NCBI RefSeq assembly: GCF_036321535.1
Contig: NC_087437.1
Span: 102,612,001 to 102,676,000, forward strand
Reading direction: 5' to 3'
Source of the DNA: Camelus dromedarius
Lineage: Eukaryota
Length of the DNA stretch: 64,000 bases
The position numbers and the translations under genes were made by a program. Shown here piece after piece: positions 1 to 14,170 of the stretch. How positions within the stretch are numbered: position 1 is the first letter of the stretch; every line of letters starts with the position of its first letter. The notes beneath the pieces were generated by a model. That model searched no databases, was not told where the DNA came from, and saw only the letters and a program-made list of their open reading frames with translations.

Positions 1-2389
1 CAGCAATGAATAGATAATCTGACTCTCTCTCTCTCTTTTTCTCTACGTTTAGCTATCTGTATCTATATATTACCATATAGGAATTTTGCAAAAGAATACA
101 AATTAATAAAAATAAAATTGATAGAAAAATTTCCTATCATGAGTGAATCAAAGACAGCTTTCCACCTTTACAAAATAGTGCTTGCTTTTCAAATAGGTGT
201 CTTGGGATCCTTAGCTATTTCACAGAAAAGAGATCTGAAACAGTCTAGTGCTCAGGTTCTGAGAGCTGGCTGCAGAATAGTTCTCTTGAAAGCACCTGAT
301 AGAACCGAGAGATAAAGAGCCAAAGGTAAAAGGGAGGTCTGCTAGAAGAGTCTGTAGAATTGAAAGTATTTGCAGAGAAGTGCCCCTCAGGTAATTGATA
401 AAAACTAGAGGTATAGTCCACTGAGATAAGAAACTACCAAACGTAAGAGAATAAAAAAAAATATGCTGGGAAATACTGAGCTAATCCATCAACTTTATTT
501 TTTTCAGTCCTTTTCTATTTCACTTTCCCTCAATAAAGACTTTATTCTGACAATGTAGAAGGGTTTACACAAACAGCTTGTGATGGAAAAAGTATAATAA
601 TCCCTAAATTCACTTTCTAGGACAAGTTTACTTGCAACAAAAGAAGGTAGAAAGTTGGCAATTTTAGCACATTTGGACTAACTGTAAGCAAACAGAGCTT
701 TACAAAAATATCCTGGAAATTTAATTAGTTTGGTTAGTTGAACAGAACTCTGGCTTTAAGTGGGGAAAAACAGTAGAGGTTATATTAAATAGCCAAAATT
801 CATTTCTGCCTCTCACCTAAAAACATGACTCTATACCAAATAAAAACTCCTGTCTTCATAAAAATTGGTACACTCAAGTCATTTTCCCACTTTTACAGAA
901 TGAGTTATAGAACTGTCAGGGGAGAAACCCAATATTTGATGATAACAATATTTACCAGATATTTCACTTGGTAAAAGCAAATGTGTCCCTGCATCTATTA
1001 GCTTAAGAAACATAGAAAAGGCATTTTAGCAGTTTGTCCTCAGTTTCCTGGATCACAAGACATCACTCATCAAAAATAAAAGCCTTAGGGCATTATTCTG
1101 CTTGTGACTCTAGGAATCCCCAAAGTAGAAGTGTCTCACAAAGATCTAAATCACTGCCTGTTGGCATGTAGGTCTCTGACCTAGCCTTCCCTGAACATGC
1201 CATCGCCTTTTGGTCTGCATCACTGTATTCCACCTCAATCCATCTGCAGCGAGCGGTGTGCCGTGTGAACAGTGCTTTCCTTGAGCAGTGTCACTTGACC
1301 TCTGACAACCTTGGGGAAGCTATTTCCTCTGCAGTCACCATTCTGACTTCATCGCCATCTCTGCCTGCTTCTCTAGTTTTACCTCTATCTTAAGAAAATA
1401 GGAGCATAGATTCCTTTTGTATGCCTGACTCATGTAAGAAGAGATTACAAGGCAGAATTGTTTGCCTCCCCCTTCCACCACCCCACAATGATTCAGTCTT
1501 CTTTCTATATCGACGTCTCCTTTCCAAGGCCTGAGATGAGAATGTTGACAAGTTTATGGAAAGCCTTACATGCAGACCCCAAGTGGCTGCTCTACTCTAC
1601 ATGTAGGTCCTCTTCTAGTCTGAGCCCCATTCTGGGGTCTTTTCTCATTAATAGGCATATTTTTTCTTTAAGGTATCTCATTATCTTTTTCTGTAACCTG
1701 TGTATTTTGACATTCTGTTCCCTCCACCATTCTGTCAGGTGGGTTTGAATCTCTCTCTTCTATATTTCATGGGAATGTGTGACTGTAAACCTGGGGAAGT
1801 AGTCAGATACAAGCTCAGAAAAATATTAAGCATTTGATAATTTGCCCAGAAATTCATTTGGTCGTTCTTAGGAGGCAGTCTAATCACATTGGCCAGCCTA
1901 ACCAGCACGTCCCAAGTTCAAATAAGGTTTAGAAAGGGCAGCATATTATGTAGCTCTTCACATGTGTGTCATCTCCCTAATTCTTACTGTAACTCAGTGA
2001 TGTTGTTTAGAATGACTATTTTATATTTTGTAATAAAAGAAATCAAGATAAATTGAAGTCAAATAATAATAAGTAGCAAAGTTGGAGAAAAACAAGGTGT
2101 ATCTAACTCCCCAAATAGGTGTATCATTATTCAAAATGTCATTGGAGTTCTCATAATAATTGATTAATGACCAGGAAAAATCAAGTGCAACATATCCTTT
2201 TTCCTTTGAAGCCTCAGCATCTGGAAAAACACTATCAAATGACCTCAAGTCTGAAAATATTTTTTCCTGGGTGGAAATCAGCATAATAGCTCTTAGTTTT
2301 GGAACCTCGGGAAACAATATAACCTTCTTTGTTCCTCCTGCTTCTTAACCAAACTGTTCAAACTCTTTCCAATATTTTGACAGAGGTAA

Positions 2390-2630
2390 GGTGTGTAGTG
2401 GTTAGACCGATGGTCTCTGAAATCCGCAATTAACCCCTTGCCAAGTCCCACTTCTACTACTGACTGGCTAATTTGACATAAGGTATTTAATATATTTGCC
2501 TTCATATTCTTGCCTGAAAAAGAGAATAATAGTAATCCACAATAGCATTATTTTGAAAATTAAATGAGATACTACTTGCAAAGAATGTAACACGTTGCCT
2601 GGCACTCAGCAGGCACTCAATGAATAATAA
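2390..2630 (+). mobile_element. MIR SINE
   Basis: aataatagtaatccacaatagcattattttgaaaattaaatgagat...gcctggcactcagcaggcactcaatgaat. Confidence 0.75.
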
Positions 2631-3112
2631 TCATCTTAAATTTGAAAAAAAAAATACAATGCAGACATCAAATTGGAAAATAAGAGACTAAGAAGTATGT
2701 ATTTTAACTTCCAGATTTCTATATCCCAAACATATTTGCCAAGTCACTATAGAAACAATGATTTCAGACTATGGTTAATATCTACCTTCAATGGATTAAC
2801 ATTACTTTTTCTAGTACTGTTGTTACTTATAAAATATGATAGATGCTTGAAGATGGTGGAAAAGGTATATAATAGTTGCTCGTGACTAGGAGGTTAAATG
2901 GACTAAGAAAATATGGCTGGATTGCAGAGCAGCATTAAAGGGTCACATGTTGTTAGCAGTCCTGAATTACAAATTAGATCACTTAGCAAGGCGGTTTATT
3001 CTTTTTCAGTCACATTCACCTGTATGCTTTTAGTTATAACAGATAATAGAATTTAACCAAGGGACTCCTTTTGCTATTAGGGCACAGGGACTGGAGAGAC
3101 CAGAGACCAGTC

Positions 3113-3436
3113 ATATCAGTTAAGAGAACCGAGCTTATCCTGCAGAAATTAAAATAAATAATACCGAGCAGCTTAAAACAATCCAAGTGCATGTTTTGTT
3201 CCTGCTCCATCACGGTCAGCAGCAGAGGATGATTGCTAGTCGTATTCAGGCTCTGGAGAGTCTCCATGTGATTAAAAATTCCAGCCCTCAAGGGACACTT
3301 AAATCTCTTCTACTCAGAACTCATTTTTGAGAGCTAGGCAAATGGCTCCACCCAACACCAAGGGGACTAGAAAGTGCAACCCTACCTGAACAGGAGACAA
3401 TCAGAATATTTGGTAAAAGCACTGATGCTCGCCACA
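3113..3436 (-). mobile_element. MLT1-type MaLR solo LTR
   Basis: cagcttaaaacaa...ctaggcaaatggctccacccaacaccaaggggactagaaagtgc...gatgctcgccaca. Confidence 0.65.
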
Positions 3437-6329
3437 TGCAAGTGGAAGAATCGTCTGTACATACACTGTTACCAAGAAAACGTGTGATAGGATCAGTGTT
3501 GGAGTGAGTTTCAGTGAGTGAAGAGGTAAAATCTTAAAGCAATGAAGGGTAGCTGGTCACAGAATTGATAAATAAGTGGAAAAGGGGATGGAGAACGAGT
3601 AATAAAATCAGATGAGACCTGTTTTAAAACAGAAATGAGGGAGTGGGCTCAGCCTGAGGAAATGAGGTGCAAGACAGATCAGTGTTCACCTTCAGGTTTG
3701 GTTTTCTGAGAGCTGCAGGTAGAAATAGTGATTTCTGGAGAAAGTCAGGTATCTTCTGAAGCAAAAAGGTAAAGAAAAAGATGAGAGGAGAGTTTGGGGT
3801 TAACTTTTTTGTTTTAAAACTGATAATGGATTATGTGATTTAGAGGATGAAGGGATGTCGGAAGATGGCAGATGCGGTGAGATTAAACAATGTGTAGATC
3901 CATACTGTGAAATGTTTCCAGGAGATGAGGCATGACCGAGCCTTGCTGAGTGCCTTATCATTCCTGATGTACAAAGACAAAGGGTGAAAAGAAATTTGTG
4001 TCCATGCTCTCCAAGGCTTATTGTAGTGGTGACATCGTGGAGAGAGAGGGAAAAAAGAGACTTGCTGGGAGCACAGAGAAGTCACTGGCTCTATCTAATC
4101 TGTGTTATTTTCACCATGATGAGTGTTGAAGGAGTCCAAAGAGTGGTTGGAGTTGTAGGACAGAGCTGACAATTGTTTAAAGGATTTGCACTACAGCAGC
4201 AATATATTCAGATAATAAAATCTTGGAATGCATTTAGTGTTCCATGTAGGGTAGCCTTTCAGTTTACTCAGAAATCTGACTAGAGTTTATTTTCTTTTCT
4301 ATATGGATGAAGAACCTAATAAAAGTCCTAATTAGCTTGACATTCACTTATGTGAAATAAGTAATGGGTATGTGCATAGTTAGATGTCGGACAAGAGAAA
4401 TTGCTGGAATTGTGGATCTGATTCTGTGGCTAAAAATTTGTTATATTGATGAGGTTTTTGCCTCTGTGCTTTATCTAGCTGAATTGTTGAGTAGGTAATT
4501 ATTTTAAAAAATAGATCTATTTAACTAAGGTATTAGAATGAGAAGCTATTAAAGTAGATAGTGATACAATTGGTTTCTGACCCAGTAAATGGTAACTGGA
4601 GGAAATAAAATTTTTATATCATTTAATCTATCACATACCTGTTTTTTAGTTTCCTGTAATTTAAAAGCATCACTTTCTCCATCTTTACTTTTAATGAACT
4701 CCCTCCTGATTAGATCAACCCGAGTACTTTCTCTAAATTTGAATTAATAGATGCTTATACGATAAACATATCTATTGTATATTTCATACGACCAATTAAA
4801 ATATCTACTTTAGAAATAAAAGGTTTTGAATTAAGCAACTTACAAAAAAATTTTTGTGACAGCCTTGGAAAAGAAGTCGCGTGTTACCTTAAAATTAAAA
4901 GCTTAAAAGTTCCCCTATAAATAATATAAACCGGGATATGTTTTATTAATATGCTGAAATGAAACTCAAGGAAGAATTTCTAAAACTAATAGTAAAAGAA
5001 CAAAACACTGAATAACAATCATCTTGGCTTTATAGAGAACTTATTTTCAAGTTTCTTTCTATTTACCTCTAAAAATCAACCCATGGTGAGATTTTTGGAG
5101 TGCAACAAAGGATCACAGGGTAGCCTTTTTTGGACTTCCAAGGCCAAGATGAGGTTATCCAACAGGCATTCCTCAAAGAAATTTCAACTGCGTTATCACT
5201 ATGTTCTACCTGTTTCCTCTTTTGAAGAGATGTGGTCTGCCTGATGAACTAGTTTATCTACTGAGGTGGGTCTCAACCATCTTTAAGTAAATAATATAAA
5301 ATTGGGAGCCTTTATTCATAAACAGCTCAGATAGTCAAAAGGGTCTGTGTACCAGCTTCCAGTATATTCTCTATTATAGAAGTCTTTGCTGTATGTTTGT
5401 AAATCAGATTCACTACTAGATGAGGTGAAGAAATTTAAAAGGCAGGAGACATTTTGACATCCATGCTCTTAAAAATCATTCTGGGGAAAATTCAAAGATG
5501 ATTATGGAGATCTTATTTATTTTAATATAGGTATTACTGAGATGGTATTTCAGATTAATCTGTAAGTTAATAAATTACCCTCTTCAGCTGTGGTTGACAT
5601 GGTCGCAATTTCTTTATTCTGGGACAAGAGCTATGAACCCAATGAACTTGCACCTGCAGAGGCAAAACTACTTGGCTGAGCTTGTTTAAGAGATTGGCTG
5701 TCACCAACCTTGGACTTGGCTGTGCTGTAGGTAAATTCAGCTGAAAATGTCTTCAGCTCAGTGAAATCATGATTTCAAGCATTGCTGAGCTATTTGTTGG
5801 TAATAACAACACAATTTCAGAAGTGATTCGCTGATTTAGATGAGAAAAGCTCCTTAGGATACACATGGATTATAACGTTTCTCCCCTATATGTCTGCTTC
5901 AGATTCAAGTACATCTGATTAAACTAAGAGAAAATTTTTGCCTCAAAACTGATGACATATCCTTAAGGCTTTGGGGACAAGCTTATGAATTCAAGAACTA
6001 GCTGGAAAATTTTATAAACAACTGTGGTCCGATTTTGGTCCTTTGGCTCTGATTAACCATGGATCATGTAAATATGTCAAACATACGTTACTAACTTAAA
6101 ATTCCTCAAATTCTTAAATACTCAAAGTCTTTAACAAAGATTTCACAAATATCTATATTCTCACTGGCTTAACAACAACAAAAATCTATCAGTAATTAGG
6201 ACCAGGCCTAAAACTACATCCTCATACACCATCCCTACAAAGACCCACACTTGGAGGAGGAAAGGCTGTATGTATTTACCGCTGCTTCATACATGGTTGA
6301 TTTTAAATGCTAGAACACAGTAATCCAAA

Positions 6330-6805
6330 GTCATCACGATCTGCACCTTCCCTTGCTTTCCAAACTTCTTATTTTCTATCCCACTTTGTTTTATTTTCTA
6401 GTAATTCAAATTGATTACAGTTCCCAGAATAAACTATGATATTTTATAGCTCTTTTCCTTTATATTATAAAATTTCCTCTTCCTTGGAATGCCTATCCTC
6501 TTTTTGCTACTAACTTTACTTGTCTTCCAAAATACACCTTATGAATAAACCCCTCAAGTAAACTGTCTCTTATGCCTCAGGCAGGTAAATTTAGGTGAGA
6601 TATTATTACAATGAGTCCTACATATTATAATGTAATACTTCAGTTCTATGTTGAACAAACTCTTAACATTTATATTTTGTGTTATATAGCTCCTGTTCTA
6701 GATAATTAAACCATGAAAGACAAGTACTCTTTCATCCATACATGGCCAAAATATTTCCTGCACAAAATTATGTAAAAAAGTAATAATTTATTTGAATCAA
6801 TAAGG
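6330..6805 (+). mobile_element. L2 3' fragment
   Basis: Pyrimidine-rich L2-like body (ttcctcttccttggaatgcc) ending in taataatttatttgaatcaat. Similar remnants lie at ~11470-11830, 29300-29690 and 41600-42010. Confidence 0.5.
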
Positions 6806-7604
6806 AAATGTTTACTACTAATAACAAATCATGTGTGACAAATTCACATACATAGGAGTTGGAATATGGTATGGCATTAAAAAATCTGCACAACTCGAAC
6901 TCTGAAACTCAGGAGTTCTAGAAGATTCCCAACCGCATTAGAACTGCTCAGAGAATCTTCTATGATTCATAATATCTCTAACAGATTTTTCTCCTGCTCA
7001 AAGCTTCTCTACAATTCCAAACTAATATTCTCTTGTAATAAGAATGCATGCAGTTGACACTGAGAGTAAAACTTTTTGGCATATAGAAAATATTTTATGT
7101 TTTCTTTCCCTGACTTCTCACAGATAATTTTCCTTGCTGTTTACATTTTCAAACAATTTAGTGAATATAGCTTACATTCCCTGATAAAGTAGTGTATTTT
7201 AGTTATAATTTTTTTCTTTTAAAAATATACACATAGGGCTTATTAAAAGGGTGAATTAGCTTTTACTTCACCTCTGTCCTCATTAACTGATAATTATATA
7301 AGTGGTTCTAGGACACAAGGACTCAAAATATTTGAGAAACAGTTGTCTGCCCCACATATAAGTAGAGATCTTGTCGGGGAATTAAACTCATCCACAAATA
7401 TGGATGCGCTGACATGGCCTCACGATCAATCATTAAGTATTTGGTCCTCAGAGATATATTAAATGCTGTGGAAGATAAAGAATTAGAATCAGATTGATTC
7501 TAATCTATTTGGGAAGTCAACATTAACTAACTGGAAACAAAAGTTTATATTAAAAAAGATTATAAAAGTTCAAGGAGTACAAAGAGATATCACTAAAGGG
7601 AGCA

Positions 7605-9690
7605 GTAATACAATAGCTTGCTGTCCAACTGTTTGTTCTCCCTCAGAACTGCTTTATAGGTCCCCACCCATCATCAGGAGTCACCCAGGAGTTCTGTTGC
7701 TAGAAATTATGCTCTTACCTCACTTTGAACTTGACCAAGAAGAATGCTTTGACCAATGGAATGTGAGCGAATGTGATATTTATCACGTCAAAACAAAACT
7801 TCGATATGATTGCATGGCTTGGTTCAGTCTCTCTCTTATTTCAGTATTATTTGCCCCAGGAAAGAATACCATGTCCCAGAGAAGGGTTGCTTCATTCAGC
7901 CCCAGACAGAGGAGACACGGGGAGCAGAGCAGCACAGCTGCCAACTTGTTGTCCTCACACAACATGAGCAAGACATAATAGTTGTTGTCAAGTGCCTGAT
8001 ATTTTGACACTGTTGTCATTGCAGGAATTATACCAAAATTAATACTAGAGTAAAAGTACTACTATAGTGTATATAAAACTAAAATAGCGTGCTACTGACT
8101 TTGGGACAAGTGTCAGGCAACCCGGACACCATTAATAAGGTTTAGATACAAGACAATCCAATGTTGTTTCAGCTAAAGTACTTGGTAAATCTATTACTTA
8201 TTCTAAAACTAGTTAATGTACCTAGTGAATTTGTGCCCCTTACTTGGTTATTAGCTGTATTTTGTATTTCCACAGGAAAGAGATGAATTCAGCAAAAAGT
8301 TAGGCTATGGGCAATCAGAGATGAAACAGATGAAAAAAGAATTCACAACATTCAGGACCTACAAGTTTGAAAGATGCACTCAACCACAATCAATAAAACA
8401 TAAATTTGAGAAAAGGCATGAGCCACCAAAGCCAATGAAGACAAAGCCTTGAGGAAAACACCAAATGAAGGCAGGTTAGGAGACGTGATTATCAAGCTAT
8501 TCTCAGTGACTTATGATCAACTCTGTGGTCCCAAAAAAGCCTGATAAGATTAAACTACATATGAAGAAGACTAGACGAGAGATAAGTCTCAAAAAAAAAA
8601 AAAAAATGTAGATGTAACTACTGGCATAAGGAGCTAACTGAAATCAAATAGCTAAGTGCCAATAAGTTTTGAAAATTTTATTTTCAGATGTACCACTAGC
8701 TTGGTAAGAGACTAAAATACAAAACAATCCTAATGACCCAAACAGGAAGTTACTCCACTTTCATGATGTTCATATCCTCCCTTGTGACTTTCCAATGTGA
8801 TGGAAGAGGGTGATGAAAAAAGAAGCACCTCCCATGAGGTGGAGCCTAAGTTATGAGAATCAAGGACTGGCGATCAGTAACCTACACAGGAGTGAGTTAA
8901 ATTGGAGTTTAATCAGGGAATATTCCCTAAATACTGTGATGACAGACTTCTACTATTGTGACACAGGAATTAATTGCCATGCAACAATGACTCTGAGTGT
9001 CTCTTCTTTTTTCTCTGTCTGAATGGTAGAGGATCCCTGTTTCACCATAAAATATTGGGTGTGGATGGGGGATATGCTTGTGTTATTTGTCCATATGTTT
9101 CTAGATCAAAAGGAACTGCATCTGGACCTGACTGAGATCATGAGATGTAGGACTCTGCATTCTATGCCTTGATTAAAGGGATTTGCTTTATTCCTAGAGG
9201 AAGTATTGAGTGCATTTTCCATGCTGGAGGAAAGCCAATTATATGCCATCAAGAGCATGGATTGGAGCAATTGGTGTTTGAATATCTGCTACCGCCCCTT
9301 TAAGAGAATTATATAATCCTGTCTCCCAGAAAGTGAAGTATACTTTCCTACTCCAGCATAATGCATGTGTAAATGATTTGTTTTAGCCAATGAAACGAGA
9401 CTATAATGACATACAATAGTTGAAGCCAAATCTTTGGGCACATATATGTAATTTATTTCAAACTCTTGCCTTAAGACAAACATATCCCAGATTTGATTAA
9501 TCCTCCACAGTGTGTTTTGGAACTAGAAGATGCATGGTACCAGTCTGATTCCAGTCAAGTCCAGTCTAACTTAGCAGAGCTCAATTAACCTAAAGCTGAC
9601 CTGTAGTCTACCTTCAGCTGATCCAGAGAGTCAACTTTACTGAAGTAAACATGAATATTTCCTATTGCAATTAAGAAATAATAATCAGGA
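7605..9690 (+). mobile_element. MaLR (MLT1-type) proviral remnant: LTR (~7605-8047), internal segment, LTR (~9262-9690)
   Basis: Both ends carry MLT1 motifs (ctttgaccaatggaatgtgagcgaatgtgat; gttttagccaatgaaacgag). The sequence after the first LTR (ctaaaatagcgtgctactgactttggga) resembles an MLT-int start. Confidence 0.65.
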
Positions 9691-12600
9691 AGAACTCTAT
9701 ATGAACAAGTGGAATGTATGCCATATTGTGGAGATTTGGAATCTGGATAACAAGAGGATGAAGCAAAATATATTTGAAGCAAAGATAAGAGCAATTGTAA
9801 AGGCAAGGTAGCAGAATAAAGTTGGCTTGTTAGAGAAACAATAAAGAGATAATTCTGATTAAAGAACAAGCTGCATGATGAAGAATAGTAAGTAAAGGAC
9901 TAAAACTCTGAGCAAGGTGGCAAGACTCACCCTCTCAGGGCTTCATGAATGTATAGTGGATTAACACAAACAGCCTATGTACAGTCACCTGTTTCTAGCT
10001 TCTGTAGTCTTATGACTTATGCATATGCTGTGATTAACTTCCCTCTCAGAAAGCTCCTAATTGTCACAAGATATAGGATCTAGGAAAACAAGTCTATTTC
10101 CAGGGTTCTTGCTTTCGTATTATGATTTGTTGAAATGTAGTTAAATCTTAATTTGTTAATGTAAAATCTTTTAAATCTTCATTGACTCTGAATTCACATC
10201 CTTAGGAATTGGCTGCAATATTAATCTGAATGTAGAAAAAAGTGATAAGATAGGAAAAAAGCATCACTTCAGTTATCTCTATTGTTTAACTGAATTTTTA
10301 CTGCTAAATACATATATATATATATATATTTGTATAATATATACTAGTAAATGTATCTTATTCAGTAAGAGAATAGCATTGTCAGCTACTGGGAAAGGTT
10401 ATCTTTGAACTATGTGACCTATTGCCCTGTGGTGCAGGAGGTTGAGACTTCAGTGACATTTCTTTCAATCTTAATGTCATCAGAGCCAACGCCATGGGAA
10501 TATGAGTTTATTTCAAAATGACAGGAGAGTCTTGTAGCAATTTTTCTTATTCCTATTCTGAAAAAGTGATGATTTTTGAGCATAGTTGATTTTTTTAAGT
10601 CTTTTATGGATAGTAGGCTGTCTGCAATGGTGAAATTTATGTTTGTTTTTATTTAACCTATGAACTCCCTATATCATTAGGTGATTGAACTCATCCTCTG
10701 AAAGATGGAATTTATCTATTGCCATAAAGATGAATTTTAACATTAGCAGATATTAAAGTGCTTAACAATGTGGCTCACTTCAGTAATCCAGTGAATCATT
10801 AATTCAATTTAGTTATTTTATTTTTAGTCCCAGCTGGGTGGAATCAGTTCCTTTGATTAAGATGTTACTTTACAGAAAAATAAGCCATTTGTATTTTCTT
10901 TCTCTGTACACTGTAAATTTGAGATCAACTTAGGAAGCCACATTTGAAAACCAACCTCACTCCTTGAACATTAAATCACATATTTACATAGTTAAGCATT
11001 AAAGTAATTTGTAGAGCATTTATCTAGACATTGAAAGTTGGAAATATAACCTAATTGGTTTAATTGACTTAGTATTACAATTTAAGGATTATTCTATAGT
11101 AACACAACAGACAGAGGGCATTAAAATTTTCAGGAGATCCCCTACCAATGCGTGCTCCTGGCTCAAAACAGATGTCTCCAGAAAATTAGCCTTATGACTA
11201 ATAGAATTCTTCTCTGCATCTCCCTCATACTTGCTTACTCTTCTTCCCTTTTGCTTGGGAGAAAGTATATGGAATTCCAAGTATTATTTCTACTGAGTGT
11301 CTGGATGTTTGTAAATTTTTAAATTATGACCTTATTAAAACACATCAGATACTTTTGTACTTTTCAAATGTTATTTTTAGACACTTAACAATTTTTCCTT
11401 GGTTGTAGGATATATTATACCCTCCTTATAACCTCAAAGTTCCTTTAAATTCGTCCTTGGTTCACTCTCCAGGCGAAACCCACACCACACATCTATGTCC
11501 AGTCCCTTTGATCTTCTTTTGGTTCCTCGGAATTGTCACACATCACAGAGCCTCCCAGTGCTAGAACACTGTTCCTCCACCCTCCTTGCCCGGCCAAAGC
11601 CCGACTCTCCATCTCTCAAGCCTTAAGTCATTTTTTCTATGAAGATTTTGTTGAAGTCTCAGACAAGGTTAGACTCTCCTGTTACATAAGATTATTTGTT
11701 CCTCTCTAACATTTATATTCTACTTTTAATTTGTGTCTTTATCTTTCAGACTATAATATGGGATAGCATATTATGTTTGCCAATTTCTTTTTATTTATTT
11801 AAATCTGGAAAGAATGGCATGCATGATTAATTCTTCTGTTAGTAGGTACCTAAGTTGGAGGAAAGGTGTCTACAGCTGAAATGAAAAGAACGCTAAATTC
11901 TAGGATTACAGAAACAAACATGACTCAAGAAAAGGTCTAGCACATGGAAAAAAAACATGTGATTAACTCTTCCAAGTATTTTTAGAATTATATAAATGTC
12001 TAGCTTCATTTGAGAATGATATTTTCACTGAATGCAAGCTCCTTATTTGCCCACTTTAATTGCTTCTCTAGGCAGATTTTTGGTAATTGCAATGTATAGG
12101 TCAAATAAACTCCCTAATATGTTTTTCAGCATGCTCAGCAGGCTTCTTGCAAGTTAAATGAAAGTATCAAATAAGAAATTACAATATCAGTGTTTTTCTC
12201 CCTAATTAAAACAACTTTTTTATTACCATTTTGAGTGTGGATACTTCATCTATGATCTTGAAGTAGCTACTGCTTGATAACTCTGGTAGAGAAAAAAGGT
12301 CACAACTAACACTGCACTGGCATCTTGCCTTTCTCTAGTCACAGCAGGAGCCATTGCTCTCTGGAATGTTTAAAGAAAAGAAATCTGTGGCTTTTATGAT
12401 GATTGAGAAACTGTACAATGCTTGGGTAGGGGGTTAATTAGAAATGAAAGGGCTTAAAGTTTCTCTCAAAGCAGATCTCTTTTGGGAGGTCATTTTCAGA
12501 AAGCATCTCATTTATGCATCTCTGAAGTGCTTTTTAAAAAGCATATTCTTTTAAAAAATGGAGAACCAGCCAAAAATCACGAGGATCAGAACTAGAAGGG

Positions 12601-13093
12601 ATACATTAATGAATAAGAAGTAATTGTAAAAATCCATTAGGAAATCTAGTAATTTCTATCTGTTAGAATAGTGCTATTTGCATATATTTTGCTACAGATG
12701 TGGTAAAATAATACTAAATTTTTTATGGCAGGAATTTTGTAATTGATTGCTTCAGTCATTTTTCTCAGTTTACATTAAAGGAGAGATATTATTATATTTA
12801 CATTTGTGATTAAATTGTGTTCAGAGTATATAAATTGTCTGCAGGGGAGAATCAGTTCACTTTGTTCTACTTACATCACAAAACATGGACGAGATATTGT
12901 TGAGGCTATGAGAGAAAATCTGTTGTTTTATTGGTTATTCAAGTGACTAAAGAATCTTATATTAGCTACAGAGAAAAGAAAAAGAAAGTATATAAACTTA
13001 CGTAAGAAGTACTTTTTACATTCTAGTAGTTTATAGTTCAGTAGAGGAAGTGTGATAGATTTGAAAATTAGTATAAGATAGTAAGTGCCAACT

Positions 13094-14170
13094 TGCCAGG
13101 TCCCGGGAAATACCACCGAGATGACCCGTGGATAAAGCAAAGCCAAGTTTACTACTTCAGCAGGGGAAGCCACTGTTTTGATGGCATCTTAGTAGAGTCT
13201 CAGAAAGGAAACATCAATGACAACATATTCAGAAGTTTTGGGAGATCTCATTTAAGATGGTTGTTCTGTAAGTGATGTAGGAAAAACGGATGTGGGGCGT
13301 GAGGAGGGCCATGTCCCAGGCCTCAGATGAGCCCCTGGGAAATGCCCCACCAAATGTGGGTCCTTGGCTTCGCACAGGTAAGAATTCAAGAGCGAGCCAC
13401 AATTGAGTAAAGGTAGATTTATTTAGAGAGATACATCGAAAGGCAAGAGAAAGGCCACGAGGTCAGGGGGTTGGGTGCTCAGATTAGAGTAAAAGTAGGT
13501 ACACACTCTATAGACAGAGTGTGGGCCATGCTAATGTATTAAAATGAGCATATAATGAAGCTCAAGATCTGCTAGAAGTCAAATCTCCCACCATCTTGTG
13601 CCTCAAGGGCTACTGGGGGTTGAATCTTCCACCAATTTGATGTTAATTGCTGTAGCATTCCTTGAATGGCTGTGCCCTGCCCCCTTCTTGTCTCATAAGG
13701 ACATTCATAGGTTAGAAATAAGAAGCTTAATTCTCCCTGTTGAAAATAAGGAAAGAGATTTCTCTCCCTTTTTCTTTGAGCATTTACTTTAGAAAATTTG
13801 TTATTTTAAGTACATTCTCCACTCTTTGAAATGTATATAAATCTTTTTGAAAACTAGATTGGCATTTTGTTAGTTTATGCCCTGGGAATGTCTTTCTCAA
13901 GGACCTGGGGACTATTTCTTTGAAATGTAATCGTCAAGAGAGATTACACTTTTAACTCCCGGACTCCAGGAGGGTGGGAGCCTCTTTCTGCGGGCACTTT
14001 ACTCCAAAGTGCAGAACTACCTCCTGTCATGGAGATATGAGAAGTTTATTTTTCCTCTGATAGATCCAATTAACTCGTACAGATGGACAGCCAACAGTAA
14101 GGTAAAGTTAAGATGAACTATATGTGACAAATGGTGCTATTAAGTCCTCTGACTTGCAGACTAGTTATCA
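13094..14170. mobile_element. Cluster of ERV LTR pieces: antisense LTR fragment (13094-13275), younger ERV1-like LTR (13276-13695, TG...CA), MER34/MER39-like fragment (13700-14170)
   Basis: The central part is GC- and CpG-richer with aagaattcaagagcgagccac...agatttattta (antisense polyA signal). The right part has ggaatgtctttctcaaggacctgggactatttctttgaaatgtaatc. Confidence 0.7.
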
